NCBI GenBank assembly: GCA_963727895.1
Contig: CAVSHT010000012.1
Coordinates: forward strand, 65,731-129,730
Direction of reading: 5' to 3'
DNA from: an uncultured Methanosarcinaceae archaeon
Lineage (GTDB): Archaea; Halobacteriota; Methanosarcinia; Methanosarcinales; Methanosarcinaceae
Length of the DNA stretch: 64,000 bases
Shown here: in pieces, positions 41,747 to 53,445 of the stretch
Layout of the letters: every line of letters begins with the position of its first letter
Numbering within the stretch: the first letter of the stretch is position 1
Program-made: the position numbers and the translations under genes
Notes under the pieces: generated by a model
What the model was told of the DNA's origin: nothing
The model's input: the letters and a program-made list of their open reading frames with translations, nothing else
Database searches by the model: none

Positions 41747-41914
41747 GGCATCTGTGAAAAACGGTGTCCTTAAAAAACGGTACATAAAAAACGGCATGTG
41801 AAAAACGCAAGCTTTAAAAACGGTGTTCGAAAAACGATATTTTTTAGAGTGTCAATTAAAAAACGAATTATTGAAAAACGGATTTTTTAAAAACGGCATT
41901 TAAAAACAGATGCC
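41747..41914. repeat. 168-bp TIR-bounded array of AAAAACG motifs
   Basis: GGCATCTGT...ACAGATGCC ends; nine AAAAACG copies plus one degenerate copy at ~15-bp spacing. Confidence 0.7.
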
Positions 41915-42192
41915 TAATAAACCTAATGAAAATCAGTTCTTAATCTCATTCTTTTTAATTTTTTATATGTTGCTTTTTTCGATAATTTATATAAAGTTTA
42001 CTGTATAACATCCATAGTAAAGCTATGAGTTATTCAGAGATTTTTATATATAAAATATGTTAGCTCACATAGCCCAGTTTCAAACCTTAATCTTGCTATT
42101 TTTCGCCTTAGTTTTCCGTTGAAATATAATTTCAAAAAGTTATATAAATCAAAATTAATTTTTTAAGTTTAAACAACTTCAAAAAAGAAAAG

Positions 42193-42214
42193 AGACTCAG
42201 GACATCCTGAGTCT
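42193..42214 (-). terminator. Hairpin plus T-tract terminator of the surface-protein gene
   Basis: AGACTCAGGA-CA-TCCTGAGTCT followed by a T-rich tract on the minus strand. Confidence 0.6.
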
Positions 42215-42240
42215 ACTTTAACATTTTACCTAAGATCTCT

Positions 42241-44454
42241 TCACTTCTTGGATATTAGGTCAATACCGTCTTCGCTCGTCGAGATTACATTGCCGTTAAG
42301 AGATGTCTTGAAAGTGTACTTGACCGTTGGGTATGTCTGCGTTGTTAGCTTATAGCCCTGCAAACTGCTCAGGGAATACTTTATGCCCAGGTAGTAAGTA
42401 CCTGCAGTCAGATTGTTCGCCGTGAGCGTAACCGTGGATCCGTCGAGTGAGACATTCGCCATCGTAGCAGAGACCTTTCTGCAATTGGAATCATACAGGA
42501 TTACCTGTTTAGTGTCTTGGATTGCTATGAAAGGCCAATTATTGTTGTCTTTCGACTGAGTAACTGATACAGTCGTCGTCGATGGTCCTCCTACAGGGAT
42601 TGTGATAGTGCTGTAGTAGAACATCACACCCGGAGAGACGCTTTTTATGGACTTGGTCTTACTATCGACAAGGTAGTTCGCTTGTGTTAAATTTGTAGCA
42701 GTACCAGACATGTACTGATCGCAAGTAGTTCCGGTTGGGCTATCTGACCTGTTGGTCCCCCTTGTCCATAGTAGTGGCTTGGATCCTCGTCTGAGACCTG
42801 TATATCTTCATAGTTGGCTGTTACGTTTCCTATGTTAGCATACTGTCCTGCTGTTGCAGTTCCTGTTGCTTCGTATATCCACATTTCGGATGTTTCCAGA
42901 ATACCATTTGAGTTCAGATCCCCTGAAACGTATTGAGGATTAACTCCGGTTATGTTATCCGTTACAGCTACGTTACTTAACGGTACATTTCCTGTGTTTG
43001 TAACTTTATATGTCCAGGTTACAGTTTCTCCTACTGGAATGTATGGTCCAGTTGGATCGTCTGCATCTTCTCCGTTAGTGTACTTCTCGATATTGATTGC
43101 CGGATTTCCCAACACATTCGTCGGCTGGTAATAAATATTGTTACCAGGAGTGGGATATTCAGTGATTGCAGTCACTGAAACATAATTGAGTAGATCATAC
43201 AATATAGTAGGTGGAGTTGCTGAGCCTGCCTCCGGGTTCTCAGACGTATCATTGTTAGTAGGCGCTGTAAGATTAACAGTAGTGTTTATAGTGAGCGTCA
43301 CTGATTGAGTGGGGTTCAATGCGCCAACATCGAAGGTGACAGTATGTAAGCTAGCATCATAACTAGACGAGATGTTTGATGTAGCTGATGCTGAAACAAA
43401 GCTTGTATTGGCATCTAACGTATCCGTGACTACAATCTCGTTTGCAACGATCAAGGGGTCATTGTTTGTCACCACGAGACTATAATTGAGATATTGCCCC
43501 AGGTTTACAGGATCAGGTTCATCGTACTTTATCACGGAGACATCAACTTTGTTGGTGAAGAACTCTTTTACCTGCAAGAGGGGGACTGTCTGTTGACCGG
43601 TACTTATTGCATCGTTATTTGCAGTTTCCGCGCTGATTACTTCTGTCTGCACGTTACCGCCGACACTGGCAGGGATCTGATCTTTGAGGACAACCCATAT
43701 CTCAACGATCACATTATCGCCGTTATCTAGGCCCGAAATATTGAATGTGCCCTGTATCTCTTCGTTTGATGTACCTGGATTAGCGAGCGTGTAGGTAAAA
43801 GAATCCACTTTAGCATTCTGCCCTGGATCAATGGTACCGGGATCTGCTGTATCAACAAAGGTGCAGTAAACCATATATGCCGGATCATAACCAAAGTCAT
43901 CATCTGATGTTGTTTTTGTGAGGAAATCAGTTGTGATATTTATGGCCCCGTTCTCTGAAGCCGTATTACCTTTGACCTAAATCTCCATCTCGAACGGCAC
44001 GACTTGGCCAAGAGCCATGTCTTTGGGTGCAAGAGATGTCACAGCGTCAAGGTTTTTGGAACTAAAAGGTGAAGCATATGCTACAGCGTTCTGGAGAGGA
44101 TCTGCCTGCCTCCCTACGGTTCCGACGGCAAGGGAAGTATATCTCCACGGGTTGGTATCAGCTTCTCATAGGTCGGTAAATATGGACCTTTGTTCAATGC
44201 AGGATCAGTAGCATACCATTTAATTGTATATGCACCACCTGCAGCCTGTGCTTCGAAAGGCACCACACTCATTAAAACGCTCCACTTAAGATTACTATCA
44301 GCATTGCTCAGATTATAGACCGGTGCTTAGGTCTACTGAATTGTAAATTGGTGTTAACCAACTTATTCTTTATATTTGTGGCACTACATATTCTTGGCAG
44401 CAAAGCCAGCAATAGCATAGCCACAGCTATAGGATCTATAATATACTTATTCAT
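42241..44454 (-). pseudogene. Decayed cell-surface protein (DUF11 / Ig-like repeats)
   Basis: Reconstructed from ATG 44454: TGA at 44308-44310, frameshifts at ~44274, ~44140 and ~42740, in-frame TAG at 43977-43979; VSVIKYDEPDPV..YSLVVTN and PAINIEKYTN..WTYKVTNTGNVPL repeats. Confidence 0.8.
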
Positions 44455-45237
44455 TTATTCACTCCCAAGTTCTGTTCGCACGTTTTTTAATCTGTATAAT
44501 CTATAGTGAAAGGTGAATTCCAAAAATCAGAATTTGTCCAAAGAATTCCCTAACCCAGACAAATACCAATTTCTAATCCTTCCCCACTAAGGATTAAATT
44601 TTAAAGCAAATCTTTTTCACAATGAATTTAAAAACTCATCTTTTTATAATAAAGCCTGAGCTATATGAAATTTAAATTTTAATCTGTCCCCCACTAATTC
44701 AAATTATAATCATCCAATATTCCATTTTATCGAAAATTAAATAAAAATATTTACTTCATTTTAAGATATATGCCCAATCTTTCATAATTTATTTAAAGAT
44801 CAAATTTTTACATTCAAGTCTTTCTTTTATTTTACAATAATTTGTATATTTTATCTTATTTTTTCATTTTTATATTCTCTTCTAATTTTATGGAATTTTA
44901 TGCTTCTAATATTTAAGCTATCTATATTTATATATAATAACTCCAAAAATTTTATAAAAATCAAAATCATAGACTGTTGCTTTGAACACATTTCAAAAAA
45001 GTTCCGGTTTGAAAAATTTCTGTTTGGGAAACTTTGAGGAGATATATTTTATAAGGAAGACAAACTTCTATTAATTAAGTGACGATCTGCCTAAAACTAG
45101 AAATCTTATAAGGGTTTGTTACGTTAAGTTTATGTCAAGCATTAGGTCAAAATCAACCTCAACCAACTTATTTTAAGTAGGCTGAATAGTTGTTTAAAAA
45201 TCAAAAATAAAATTAAAAAAATTAAAACTTCAGTTTT

Positions 45238-46128
45238 TTACTGAAGTCCATAGTATTTTATGTTCCAGTCTGCAATAGCCTGGATTTTCTTTATTTCTTC
45301 GTCTCCACCTTCCTTGGTGAAGAGGTGTTTGAACCTTTTCTGAGTCCTCAGATATTCTTCGACTGGCTTTGGATCCTTAACCTTTCTGACCTGGGTAATT
45401 TCTCCATTTTCCATCTCATACATTGGCCAGAGGCAAGTTTCGACTGCAAGTTTAGCGATTTCTAGGGTCTTGGATGTATCAAAGCCCCAACCTGTTGTAC
45501 AGGGAGCATGAGCATGGATATATGTCGGGCCCACGATTTCAGTAGCCTTCTTGACCTTTCGAATCATATCTCTTGGAAAACCTATGGAAGTTGTGGCCAC
45601 ATAAGGAGAGCCATGGGCTGCCATAATAGCAGGCATATTCTTTTTTGGGCGTTGATTTCCAAAGGAAACTTTTCCGGCTGGACTGGTTGTTGTACTTGCA
45701 TCGAAAGGAGTAGCACTGCTGCGCTGGATTCCAGTGTTCATATAAGCTTCATTGTCCATACAGACATAGGTGAAATCATGTCCCCTTTCAAAAGCACCTG
45801 AAATGGAACCAATTCCTATATCCATAGTAGAACCGTCGCCTCCGATTGCTACAATCTTGGTGTCGTTCTTTTTGCCAAGAGCTTTTAATCCAGCTTCCAC
45901 GCCTGAAGCCACTGCACCTGCATTTTCAAAGAGGGAGTGAATCCACGGCACCTGCCAGGAAGAATTTGGGAAAGGCGTGGACATAACCTCCAGGCAGCCT
46001 GTAGGATTAACTATAATTGTATTTGGGCCTGCACCCATAAGTGTGAATTTTGCAGCAAAAGCATCACAGCAGCCTGCACAGCCACTGTGTCCAGAGCTAA
46101 TGTATGTCTTTAGGGTGGTTTTGCTCAC
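45238..46128 (-). CDS. porB: Pyruvate:ferredoxin oxidoreductase beta subunit
   Basis: [29 protein letters not shown] (TPP-binding). Confidence 0.95.
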   Translation of the reverse strand: MSKTTLKTYISSGHSGCAGCCDAFAAKFTLMGAGPNTIIVNPTGCLEVMSTPFPNSSWQVPWIHSLFENAGAVASGVEAGLKALGKKNDTKIVAIGGDGSTMDIGIGSISGAFERGHDFTYVCMDNEAYMNTGIQRSSATPFDASTTTSPAGKVSFGNQRPKKNMPAIMAAHGSPYVATTSIGFPRDMIRKVKKATEIVGPTYIHAHAPCTTGWGFDTSKTLEIAKLAVETCLWPMYEMENGEITQVRKVKDPKPVEEYLRTQKRFKHLFTKEGGDEEIKKIQAIADWNIKYYGLQ

Positions 46129-47333
46129 AGCAATTCCTCCTTAAGGTCCAGGAACTGACTTTCAATTTCAATTCCAAACTTTGCAACTTTCTTGGTTTCT
46201 TCAATAATCTGCTCAATGTTTTCCATACGAATGTCGCGGCCTCCATGCCCAACTGTATAACCTACGACTGGTACACGGACCTTGCTGTTATAGAGGCAGG
46301 ATTTTGTCTCAGTAAAGAGCGCTCCTTCATTTGTACCTATGGAGATGTTCTTATCGAGTACAACAACGGCATTTGCATTCTTAATAGCTTCTTTAACCTG
46401 CTCTTTCGGGAAAGGTCTAAAGGACCTGACTTTTAAGACGCCGATCTTTTCTCCTCTTGCCCTGTACTCATCAACAACATCCTTGACAGTCCCAAGAATA
46501 GATCCCATAGACATGATAATAATTTCTGCGTCATCAAGCATATAGCCGTCAATAAGTCCTCCGTGGTATCTGCCAAAGATTTCTTCAAACTCTTTTGCAA
46601 CGGCTTCGATCTTTGGAAGAGCTTTCTGCATTGCCTGCTCATGGAGATATCTGAACTCTTCATAAGTATCTGGTGCTGCAAAGGCTCCGAAGGTCTTGGG
46701 ATCTTCAGGATCAAGAATATCTGCTGGCTGGAAAGGCGGAAGGAAATCATCGGTCAGTTCCTGTTCAAGCAGGACAACAGGTTCGTAAACATGAGACAGG
46801 ATAAAGCCGTCCATGCAGACCATACCAGGAACCATGATCTCATTGTCTTCTGCAATTTTGTAGAGCTGGGGCAGGGTGTCAGCTGCTTCCTGAACATCCT
46901 CTACATAGAGCTGTATCCAACCTGTATCTCTCTGCGCAATAGAATCTTGATGATCGTTCCAGATGTTGATTGGAGCGCTAATTGCTCTATTTGCCACTGT
47001 CATTATAACCGGAAGCCTCATACCTGCAGTGTTAAAAAGTGCCTCATGCATGAGTAGAAGTCCCTGAGAGGTTGTGGCTGAATAGGTTCTTGCGCCTACT
47101 GCTGATGCCCCTATGAGGGCAGAAATTGCAGAGAATTCGGCTTCCACATTAATGTACTCACAGTTAGGGATTTCCCCATCTGCTATGAACTGGGACAGGT
47201 CTTCAACAATATGTGTCTGGGGAGTAATTGGATAGGCTGAAATAATGTTTGGACGGCAGACCTTTGCAGAATGGGCCACTGCATAAGAACCCTCCACAAC
47301 TACCATTTTTTTCTTGTCAGCTGGATTAATCAT
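46125..47333 (-). CDS. porA: Pyruvate:ferredoxin oxidoreductase alpha subunit
   Basis: [35 protein letters not shown]. Confidence 0.95.
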   Translation of the reverse strand: MINPADKKKMVVVEGSYAVAHSAKVCRPNIISAYPITPQTHIVEDLSQFIADGEIPNCEYINVEAEFSAISALIGASAVGARTYSATTSQGLLLMHEALFNTAGMRLPVIMTVANRAISAPINIWNDHQDSIAQRDTGWIQLYVEDVQEAADTLPQLYKIAEDNEIMVPGMVCMDGFILSHVYEPVVLLEQELTDDFLPPFQPADILDPEDPKTFGAFAAPDTYEEFRYLHEQAMQKALPKIEAVAKEFEEIFGRYHGGLIDGYMLDDAEIIIMSMGSILGTVKDVVDEYRARGEKIGVLKVRSFRPFPKEQVKEAIKNANAVVVLDKNISIGTNEGALFTETKSCLYNSKVRVPVVGYTVGHGGRDIRMENIEQIIEETKKVAKFGIEIESQFLDLKEELL

Positions 47334-47617
47334 TATTTCTCCTCCAGAATCATTTCAATTGCACCTGCAGGACATTCATTTGCACAGACTCCACATCCTT
47401 TGCAGTAATCATAATCGTATTCAAAAAAGCCGTCTTCTCTGGGTTTGACAGACATGTCAGGGCAAACAAGTTCGCAGATGCCACACTTGGTGCATTTGTC
47501 GTAAATATAAACAGGACGGAAGTTTCTCCAGCCTCCGGTTTTGTTTATAAGGGTGGAACCAGGTTTACAGACTCTGCAGTGTGAAATGTTTAAACATTCT
47601 TCAGATCCGTTACTCAC
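47333..47617 (-). CDS. porD: Pyruvate:ferredoxin oxidoreductase delta subunit (2x[4Fe-4S])
   Basis: [30 protein letters not shown]. Confidence 0.95.
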   Translation of the reverse strand: MSNGSEECLNISHCRVCKPGSTLINKTGGWRNFRPVYIYDKCTKCGICELVCPDMSVKPREDGFFEYDYDYCKGCGVCANECPAGAIEMILEEK

Positions 47618-48162
47618 GCTTCTTCCCCCTTGATAAGCTTATAAGCCTTCTGGATTGCATTTGAATTCTTTTCTCCTACTTTTCCTGGAAAACGGGCTTT
47701 TATTGCATGCTGTATTGATTCAACATTGATTTCTCCAGTTGCGCCTGCAAAAGCACCAAGAAGGACAGTGTTTACAATGGGAACTCCTATAATGTCCATT
47801 GCAACCTTTGTCGCGTCCACGGTCATGACCTTGGCTTTTGTATTGAGATTCAGGCTTTCCGGCTTTTCGGTTGTATTAACAATAATGATCCCGTCATCTT
47901 TTATTCCGCTTGCAACATCAACAGTTTCAAGCAGGGTGGCATCTTGAACAATGACATAATCTGGAGTATAAATCTGGCTTCGAAGCCTGATCGGACTATT
48001 GTTGATTCTTGTAAATGCCTGCACTGGGGCACCTCTACGCTCAACCCCAAAAGCGGGGAAAGCCTGGCTAAACTTTCCATCTTCAAAAGCTGCAACAGAA
48101 AGCATTTCAGCCGCGGTAACAGAACCCTGACCTCCTCGACCGTGTATTCTGATTTCCTTCAT
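47614..48162 (-). CDS. porC: Pyruvate:ferredoxin oxidoreductase gamma subunit
   Basis: [21 protein letters not shown]. Confidence 0.95.
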   Translation of the reverse strand: MKEIRIHGRGGQGSVTAAEMLSVAAFEDGKFSQAFPAFGVERRGAPVQAFTRINNSPIRLRSQIYTPDYVIVQDATLLETVDVASGIKDDGIIIVNTTEKPESLNLNTKAKVMTVDATKVAMDIIGVPIVNTVLLGAFAGATGEINVESIQHAIKARFPGKVGEKNSNAIQKAYKLIKGEEA

Positions 48163-48714
48163 CTGGATTCTCCTTTTTAATGCGGTTTTATCTATAGTTT
48201 TGTAGTGTTTTTCTGTATTTTTGCTATTCTAGGCAGTTTGTTTGGCAAGTTTCAATTAGTTGTCTGGCACACTGCTAATTACTCAAATATTATCGGATAT
48301 CGAATTAACCTGATATTATTCAATTTATTAATTTGTCAGATATGATTATCATCTGATACCTTCAGGCACTACCAAATATACTATTATAATATGTACATGT
48401 AGGTTCAGAAATCCAAATTCTGGAAGGCTATTTGTTAACCTGGATTTCTTTCATATCATTGAGTTATAGTCAATATTGAAATTACTTATTTTCAATTCTA
48501 AATTCACACTGTTTTGTGCCTGATAGTTCATGGATAATTGTGTAGAATATTATTAGTTTTTCGGTGAGAAATCCAAGATTCTTCGTATATTTTTATAGTT
48601 TATTTTTATTTTTTAAATGTATTTTACATGTTATTTTTCGGTTAACCTGTCTCAGACGACTGATTTTTTGTGTTAGGGTTGTAAACGAATAGGTTTTTAA
48701 AAATCTTGATTAAT

Positions 48715-49686
48715 TTAATATTTTTCTTTTGAGAAATCCTTTATTAATTCGATCATGGTTTTTCTATCTTTCAGATCATTAATCTTCTCTCGAATCTGCC
48801 GCGAGCCGCGCAATCCTTTTGTAAACCAGTGGGCATGCATTTTTAGATTTATGGATTCGTAGAGATTATGTTCTTCAAGTAAGGCGATATATTTCTCAAA
48901 CTCTTCTGATTTTTTATCTCGCTGGTCAATTTCTAGCCTTTCGTCCGTTTCTAGATAGTGCCTTATTTTTTTAAAAACAAAGGGATTTCCCATTGCTGCG
49001 CGTCCTATCATAAGCCCATCACATTCTGTAAATTCAAGGGCTTTTTCGGCAGACTCTTCATCTCTTATATCTCCGTTTGCAATTACTGGAATTGAGAGTT
49101 CTTTTTTGACTGCCTTGATCGCTTTAAGATCCGAACTTCCTGAGTACATCTGATCTGCTCTCCTGCCATGAACAGTCAGGGCAGATGCTCCTGCATCTTC
49201 GATCAAGTGAGCAATATCAAGAGTTTTTTCTTCTGTCCTCAGAATACGGATCTTTGCAGTTACGGGAGTTTGCAGAACATCGGTCATTTCAGAAATTATT
49301 TCATATACAAGAGTTTTGGAATTGAGAAGAGCCGAGCCACATCCTGCACCTTTAATGCGCTGTACGGGACAGCCCATGTTAACGTCTATAATTTCAGGCC
49401 TGTATTCTTCCTCAATAAAGATTGCAGCTTCTCTAAGCTTATCAGGAGAATTTCCTACAAGCTGAACTCCAAATGGTCGATCTTCAGGAGAATTGAGTCC
49501 TTTGAAAAATGATTTTCGATTTTTGTTGAGCAAAGCATCTGCACTGATCATTTCAGTGTAAGTGATGTCAGCTCCATTCTGCCTGCAGAGCAGCCTGAAA
49601 GCCAGGTTTGTCACATCCGCCATAGGAGCAAGAAGCAGATTTCCAGGAGTTTCAGTTTTACCAATTTTTAATTTATTAAGTTTCAT
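48715..49686 (-). CDS. dusB: tRNA-dihydrouridine synthase (Dus/NifR3 family)
   Basis: LAPMA, DVNMGCP, TVHGR, IANGDI, MIGRAAMGNP; start at 49686 or 49713. Confidence 0.88.
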   Translation of the reverse strand: MKLNKLKIGKTETPGNLLLAPMADVTNLAFRLLCRQNGADITYTEMISADALLNKNRKSFFKGLNSPEDRPFGVQLVGNSPDKLREAAIFIEEEYRPEIIDVNMGCPVQRIKGAGCGSALLNSKTLVYEIISEMTDVLQTPVTAKIRILRTEEKTLDIAHLIEDAGASALTVHGRRADQMYSGSSDLKAIKAVKKELSIPVIANGDIRDEESAEKALEFTECDGLMIGRAAMGNPFVFKKIRHYLETDERLEIDQRDKKSEEFEKYIALLEEHNLYESINLKMHAHWFTKGLRGSRQIREKINDLKDRKTMIELIKDFSKEKY

Positions 49687-49944
49687 TTTCTGACGGTTGT
49701 TGAAGGCTTTCATGTTTTTATTTTTTCCTAATAATCGTTCTAACTTTTCTTATTCTATTCCTTTTCTTATCCACTGAAACTCTATAAATTAACTAATTTT
49801 CTCATAAAAAATAAGCAGCTAATTATCACGAATCTTAAAATATATTACACAAGATTAAACTAAGCATCAATAACCTAAAACTGAAAAGAGCTGACAAAAT
49901 ATGATAACATTAAGAGTAAGATACCTGAACCTATTAATTTCCTA

Positions 49945-50169
49945 ACACTTGTTAATAAAGAAAAGTGGTTCTGAGACTTAAAAAGAGACGTTAAAAGGTA
50001 TATAAGCCTTAATTATTTAAAAAGAAACCTTATATAACCTATATCTGGAATCCTGCTGACACTTGTTAATAAAGAAAAGTGGTTCTGAGACTTAAAAAGA
50101 GACGTTAAAAGGTATATAAGCCTTAATTATTTAAAAAGAAGCCTTATATAACCTATATATGGAATCCTG
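49945..50169. repeat. 111-bp tandem duplication containing the 3' end of the signal peptidase gene
   Basis: 49945-50055 versus 50059-50169, two mismatches. Confidence 0.9.
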
Positions 50170-50684
50170 TACTGTGCAGTTCCTATAACCCATTCATCTT
50201 TTACAGGCATTTCATAGCTTATCTGCCCTTCTTGGTCATAATATTGGTTGGTTACAACATTATCTCCTTTAGTAATATAACCTGAATATGGAGCAATGGG
50301 ACCGTCCTTCCACATAGGCTGTCCAGCTTCTACTCTGTACATAGCTCTATGGATTATAGGGGTTACTCCTTCTTCTCCATACGGACGGTAAAGAATCACA
50401 TCTCCATAATTGTCAAAAGACTTATATCCTGTCTTTTTTCCTTCCTCATATGTGGTGACATTTACTTTATCGATACCTTTAATGAAAATAATATCTCCTA
50501 TCTGCATATGCGGTTCCATACTCCCTGACTCCACCGCAACCATAGGAGTCCAGAGTCCGAATATCATCTTGGAAATAACCATGAATACGATCAGGACAGC
50601 TACAACAGATAGCAAGTCCTTTCCAAGGGAAACCCAGGTGTTTTCCTGTTCCTGGACACTGTTTTCCTTTTTAATTTCTTTCAT
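50127..50684 (-). CDS. Signal peptidase I (archaeal Sec11-type)
   Basis: TM anchor, VESGSMEP, GDII, PIIHRA, YITKGDN, IPYIG. Confidence 0.92.
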   Translation of the reverse strand: MKEIKKENSVQEQENTWVSLGKDLLSVVAVLIVFMVISKMIFGLWTPMVAVESGSMEPHMQIGDIIFIKGIDKVNVTTYEEGKKTGYKSFDNYGDVILYRPYGEEGVTPIIHRAMYRVEAGQPMWKDGPIAPYSGYITKGDNVVTNQYYDQEGQISYEMPVKDEWVIGTAQYRIPYIGYIRLLFK

Positions 50685-50927
50685 AATCAGCCTTTATTAT
50701 TTTGATTTTATTCTTTAAGATGATGCATTATACTTCATTTTGTCTCTAGGCTCGAAACAGACTTTATTTGGGTGAACTTAACTGTAATCAGAAGTATAAT
50801 CTTAGAATTATAATAAGATCCATAATAAGATCCTCAAAATATAATGCAATTTCTAGATTATTTACAGCTCTACATCTACTGTTCAGACTTATATAAAGTT
50901 AGTCCATTAATTTGTTGAGCCTTCAGT

Positions 50928-51113
50928 ATATTTACTGAGGATTTGTTTTTATTCTATCTTCACATATTTACTGAGGATTTGTTTTTATTCTATCTTCAAC
51001 ATATTTACTGAGGATTTGTTTTTATTCTATTTAACTCATTTATTATTTAATGTTCATGGTCTTAAATATTACAAGTCTTAAATATTACAATAAATTAAAT
51101 ATTACAATAAATT
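50928..51113. repeat. Intergenic tandem repeats: 3x 36-37 bp and 3x 16-17 bp
   Basis: ATATTTACTGAGGATTTGTTTTTATTCTAT x3 without spacers; TTAAATATTACAA x3. Confidence 0.85.
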
Positions 51114-51359
51114 ATAGTGTCTTTAATAGATAGAAATTAATAGCTATAAGTATTCTATCGAAACACAGAAGGTCTCGTAAGGTCCTTCTTTATAACAAAT
51201 TAAATTTATCCTATTAGTCTCGTATCTTATTAATTTTTATATCTTAAGCAAGCTTTTGCTTTAGCTTTTCCAGGGTCAAAGTGAAATTTTTTTTGATGAA
51301 ATAGAAACACAAAAAACCTGGAAGATCTGAGATCAATTCAAAAAGGACATGTTGGAATT

Positions 51360-53408
51360 ATGGAAAGAAATGACATTATCAGGATTATTATGGAAACAGA
51401 GTACCAGATAAGTCCTGAAGCCGTAGAACTTATTTATTCCAGTAGTTCTCCTGAAGACCTGCTCAAATATGTCCTTTCAACTGTAAATGAATCTGTTATC
51501 GTTATAGGAATTGAAAGTATAGATCTTGAAGGATTTGCTGCCTATATAAAGGATTCAAAGCTAATTCACAGAGGAAATGAAGAAAATTCCAGTTTTGAAA
51601 CTTTAGCAAGAAAACTGACTTTAGATAAAGTTGATTTAGATAAAGTTGATTTAGATAAAGTTGAAAATCTCTCTCTGGAAGAAAAGGGATCTCTTTCCAG
51701 AGATCTCGCATTTCCTTCCACATCAAGTAAATACTGTCCTGATCTTGATTCTCCCATAGAGTCTGCTATTTTTTCAGAACCCGATGATGTTATTGTATCT
51801 TCGGACTCAATTGTGAAATCTTCTCAAGAAGTGGTTTCTGATTCTATTTCAGATATAGACATGGTTTCAGACAGGTCTTATGAATCATCCCCAGATAGTC
51901 TGAAAACTCAATCAGATATTATTTATAAAGAAGGTTCGGCTCCAGATCTTATTTCTGCCTCTCCATCTTCAGTAAAGGCAGAGTCTCCGATTTTCTCATA
52001 TCACTCTTCACAGGCTGTAAATAGGTCCGCTTCTTCTGTTTTTGGGCAGAATAACTCTCTATCTTCGTCTCCTTCAAATCGGATTTTCAGAACAGACGCG
52101 TCTTCCTTTGCTTCTGATAAAAGGTTATTTTCGAGTTCTAGGGATGAGTATAAGCATTATCCGGGAAAAAATCCCGTGACTGTAATTTCAGATATAACAG
52201 GGCATTCCACCTGCGTCGGGGAATATATGCAGTTTGTGCAGTATTTCAGAGATAGATACAGCAGGCTTTCGGAAATCATCAGGGGAAGGATAAATGCACG
52301 TCCCATCGAAAGCTTGAAAAGAAGAAGTTTCCGCCGGGGAGGGGATGGAGGTTCTGAGGAAATCTCGATTATAGGTATGGTTTCAGATATTGGCAGCACA
52401 ACAAATGGTCATAAGATTCTTTCTCTCGAGGATACAACAGGTTCTTTTTCAGTCCTCGTTCGGAATTCCGATAAAGAGCTCTTTGAACTTGCATCAAGAA
52501 TTCTTCGAGACGAGGTCATAGGGGTAACTGGTTCGATAACAAATGATGGAAGCCTGATGTTAGCAACAAAGCTAATACAGCCCGACGTCCCGAATAGTAT
52601 CCAGCGCAGAACCGGAAGCCACGGAAAAGCTGTACTGATTTCGGATGTGCACGTGGGCAGTTCCAAGTTTATGGAAGACTCTTGGCTGAATTTTCTGGAT
52701 TTTTTAAAAGGGGAATCAGATTCAGAGAGTATGCGGGAGCTTGCGGCAAGTATTCGTTATCTTGTTGTTGCAGGAGACATTGTTGATGGCATAGGAATCT
52801 ATCCTGACCAGGAACTGGAACTGGACATTCTAGATGTTTACGATCAATATAGAAAGGCTGCCGAGTACTTCAAAGAAATTCCTGATCACATTCGCATAAT
52901 AATAAGTCCGGGCAACCACGATGCTGTTCGCCAGGCGGAACCCCAGCCTGCCTTGCCGGAAAATATTCAGGCATATTTCCCTAATAATATTATTTTCGTT
53001 GGTAATCCTGCTCTTCTGGAACTTGACGGTATCCGCATTCTTATCTACCACGGCAGGTCGATTGATGATCTTGTAGCAAGTGTTCCAGGTGTTTCATATC
53101 ATGAACCTGCTGGAGCAGTCCTTGAGATGTTGAAACGCAGACACCTTGCTCCAACTTATGGGAGTAGAGTTTCCATCTCACCTGAGAAAAAGGACTATTT
53201 TGTAATCGATCCAGTGCCTGATATTATTCATACAGGTCACGTCCACACACTGGGAGTACAGCGTTATAAAAATGTCCTTCTTGTCAATTCCGGAACATGG
53301 CAGGGACAGACAGAATTCCAGAAACGTGTAAATTTGATGCCTGTTCCTGCCAGAGTCCCGATCGTGGATCTCGAGGATTTTGACGTAAAAATTCTTGCTT
53401 TTGACTGA
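51360..53408 (+). CDS. polB: DNA polymerase D small (proofreading exonuclease) subunit DP1
   Basis: YFRDRY, OB-fold LEDTTG, SDVHVGS, AGDIVDG, PGNHD, YHGRS, HLAPTYG, HTGHVH, NSGTWQ. Confidence 0.95.
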   Translation: MERNDIIRIIMETEYQISPEAVELIYSSSSPEDLLKYVLSTVNESVIVIGIESIDLEGFAAYIKDSKLIHRGNEENSSFETLARKLTLDKVDLDKVDLDKVENLSLEEKGSLSRDLAFPSTSSKYCPDLDSPIESAIFSEPDDVIVSSDSIVKSSQEVVSDSISDIDMVSDRSYESSPDSLKTQSDIIYKEGSAPDLISASPSSVKAESPIFSYHSSQAVNRSASSVFGQNNSLSSSPSNRIFRTDASSFASDKRLFSSSRDEYKHYPGKNPVTVISDITGHSTCVGEYMQFVQYFRDRYSRLSEIIRGRINARPIESLKRRSFRRGGDGGSEEISIIGMVSDIGSTTNGHKILSLEDTTGSFSVLVRNSDKELFELASRILRDEVIGVTGSITNDGSLMLATKLIQPDVPNSIQRRTGSHGKAVLISDVHVGSSKFMEDSWLNFLDFLKGESDSESMRELAASIRYLVVAGDIVDGIGIYPDQELELDILDVYDQYRKAAEYFKEIPDHIRIIISPGNHDAVRQAEPQPALPENIQAYFPNNIIFVGNPALLELDGIRILIYHGRSIDDLVASVPGVSYHEPAGAVLEMLKRRHLAPTYGSRVSISPEKKDYFVIDPVPDIIHTGHVHTLGVQRYKNVLLVNSGTWQGQTEFQKRVNLMPVPARVPIVDLEDFDVKILAFD

Positions 53409-53445
53409 ATTTTTATAACGTATATTAAAGTTTATTTAATTTTTA

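Noticed and set aside
43977-43979. TAG as a functional pyrrolysine codon
   Set aside because: It lies in a gene with several frameshifts and is not a methylamine methyltransferase
48336-48356. Imperfect palindrome upstream of porC as an operator
   Set aside because: Single bulged instance with no second copy to support it
50928-51030. 36-37-bp repeats as a CRISPR array
   Set aside because: Units are directly adjacent with no unique spacers, and there are no cas genes in the window
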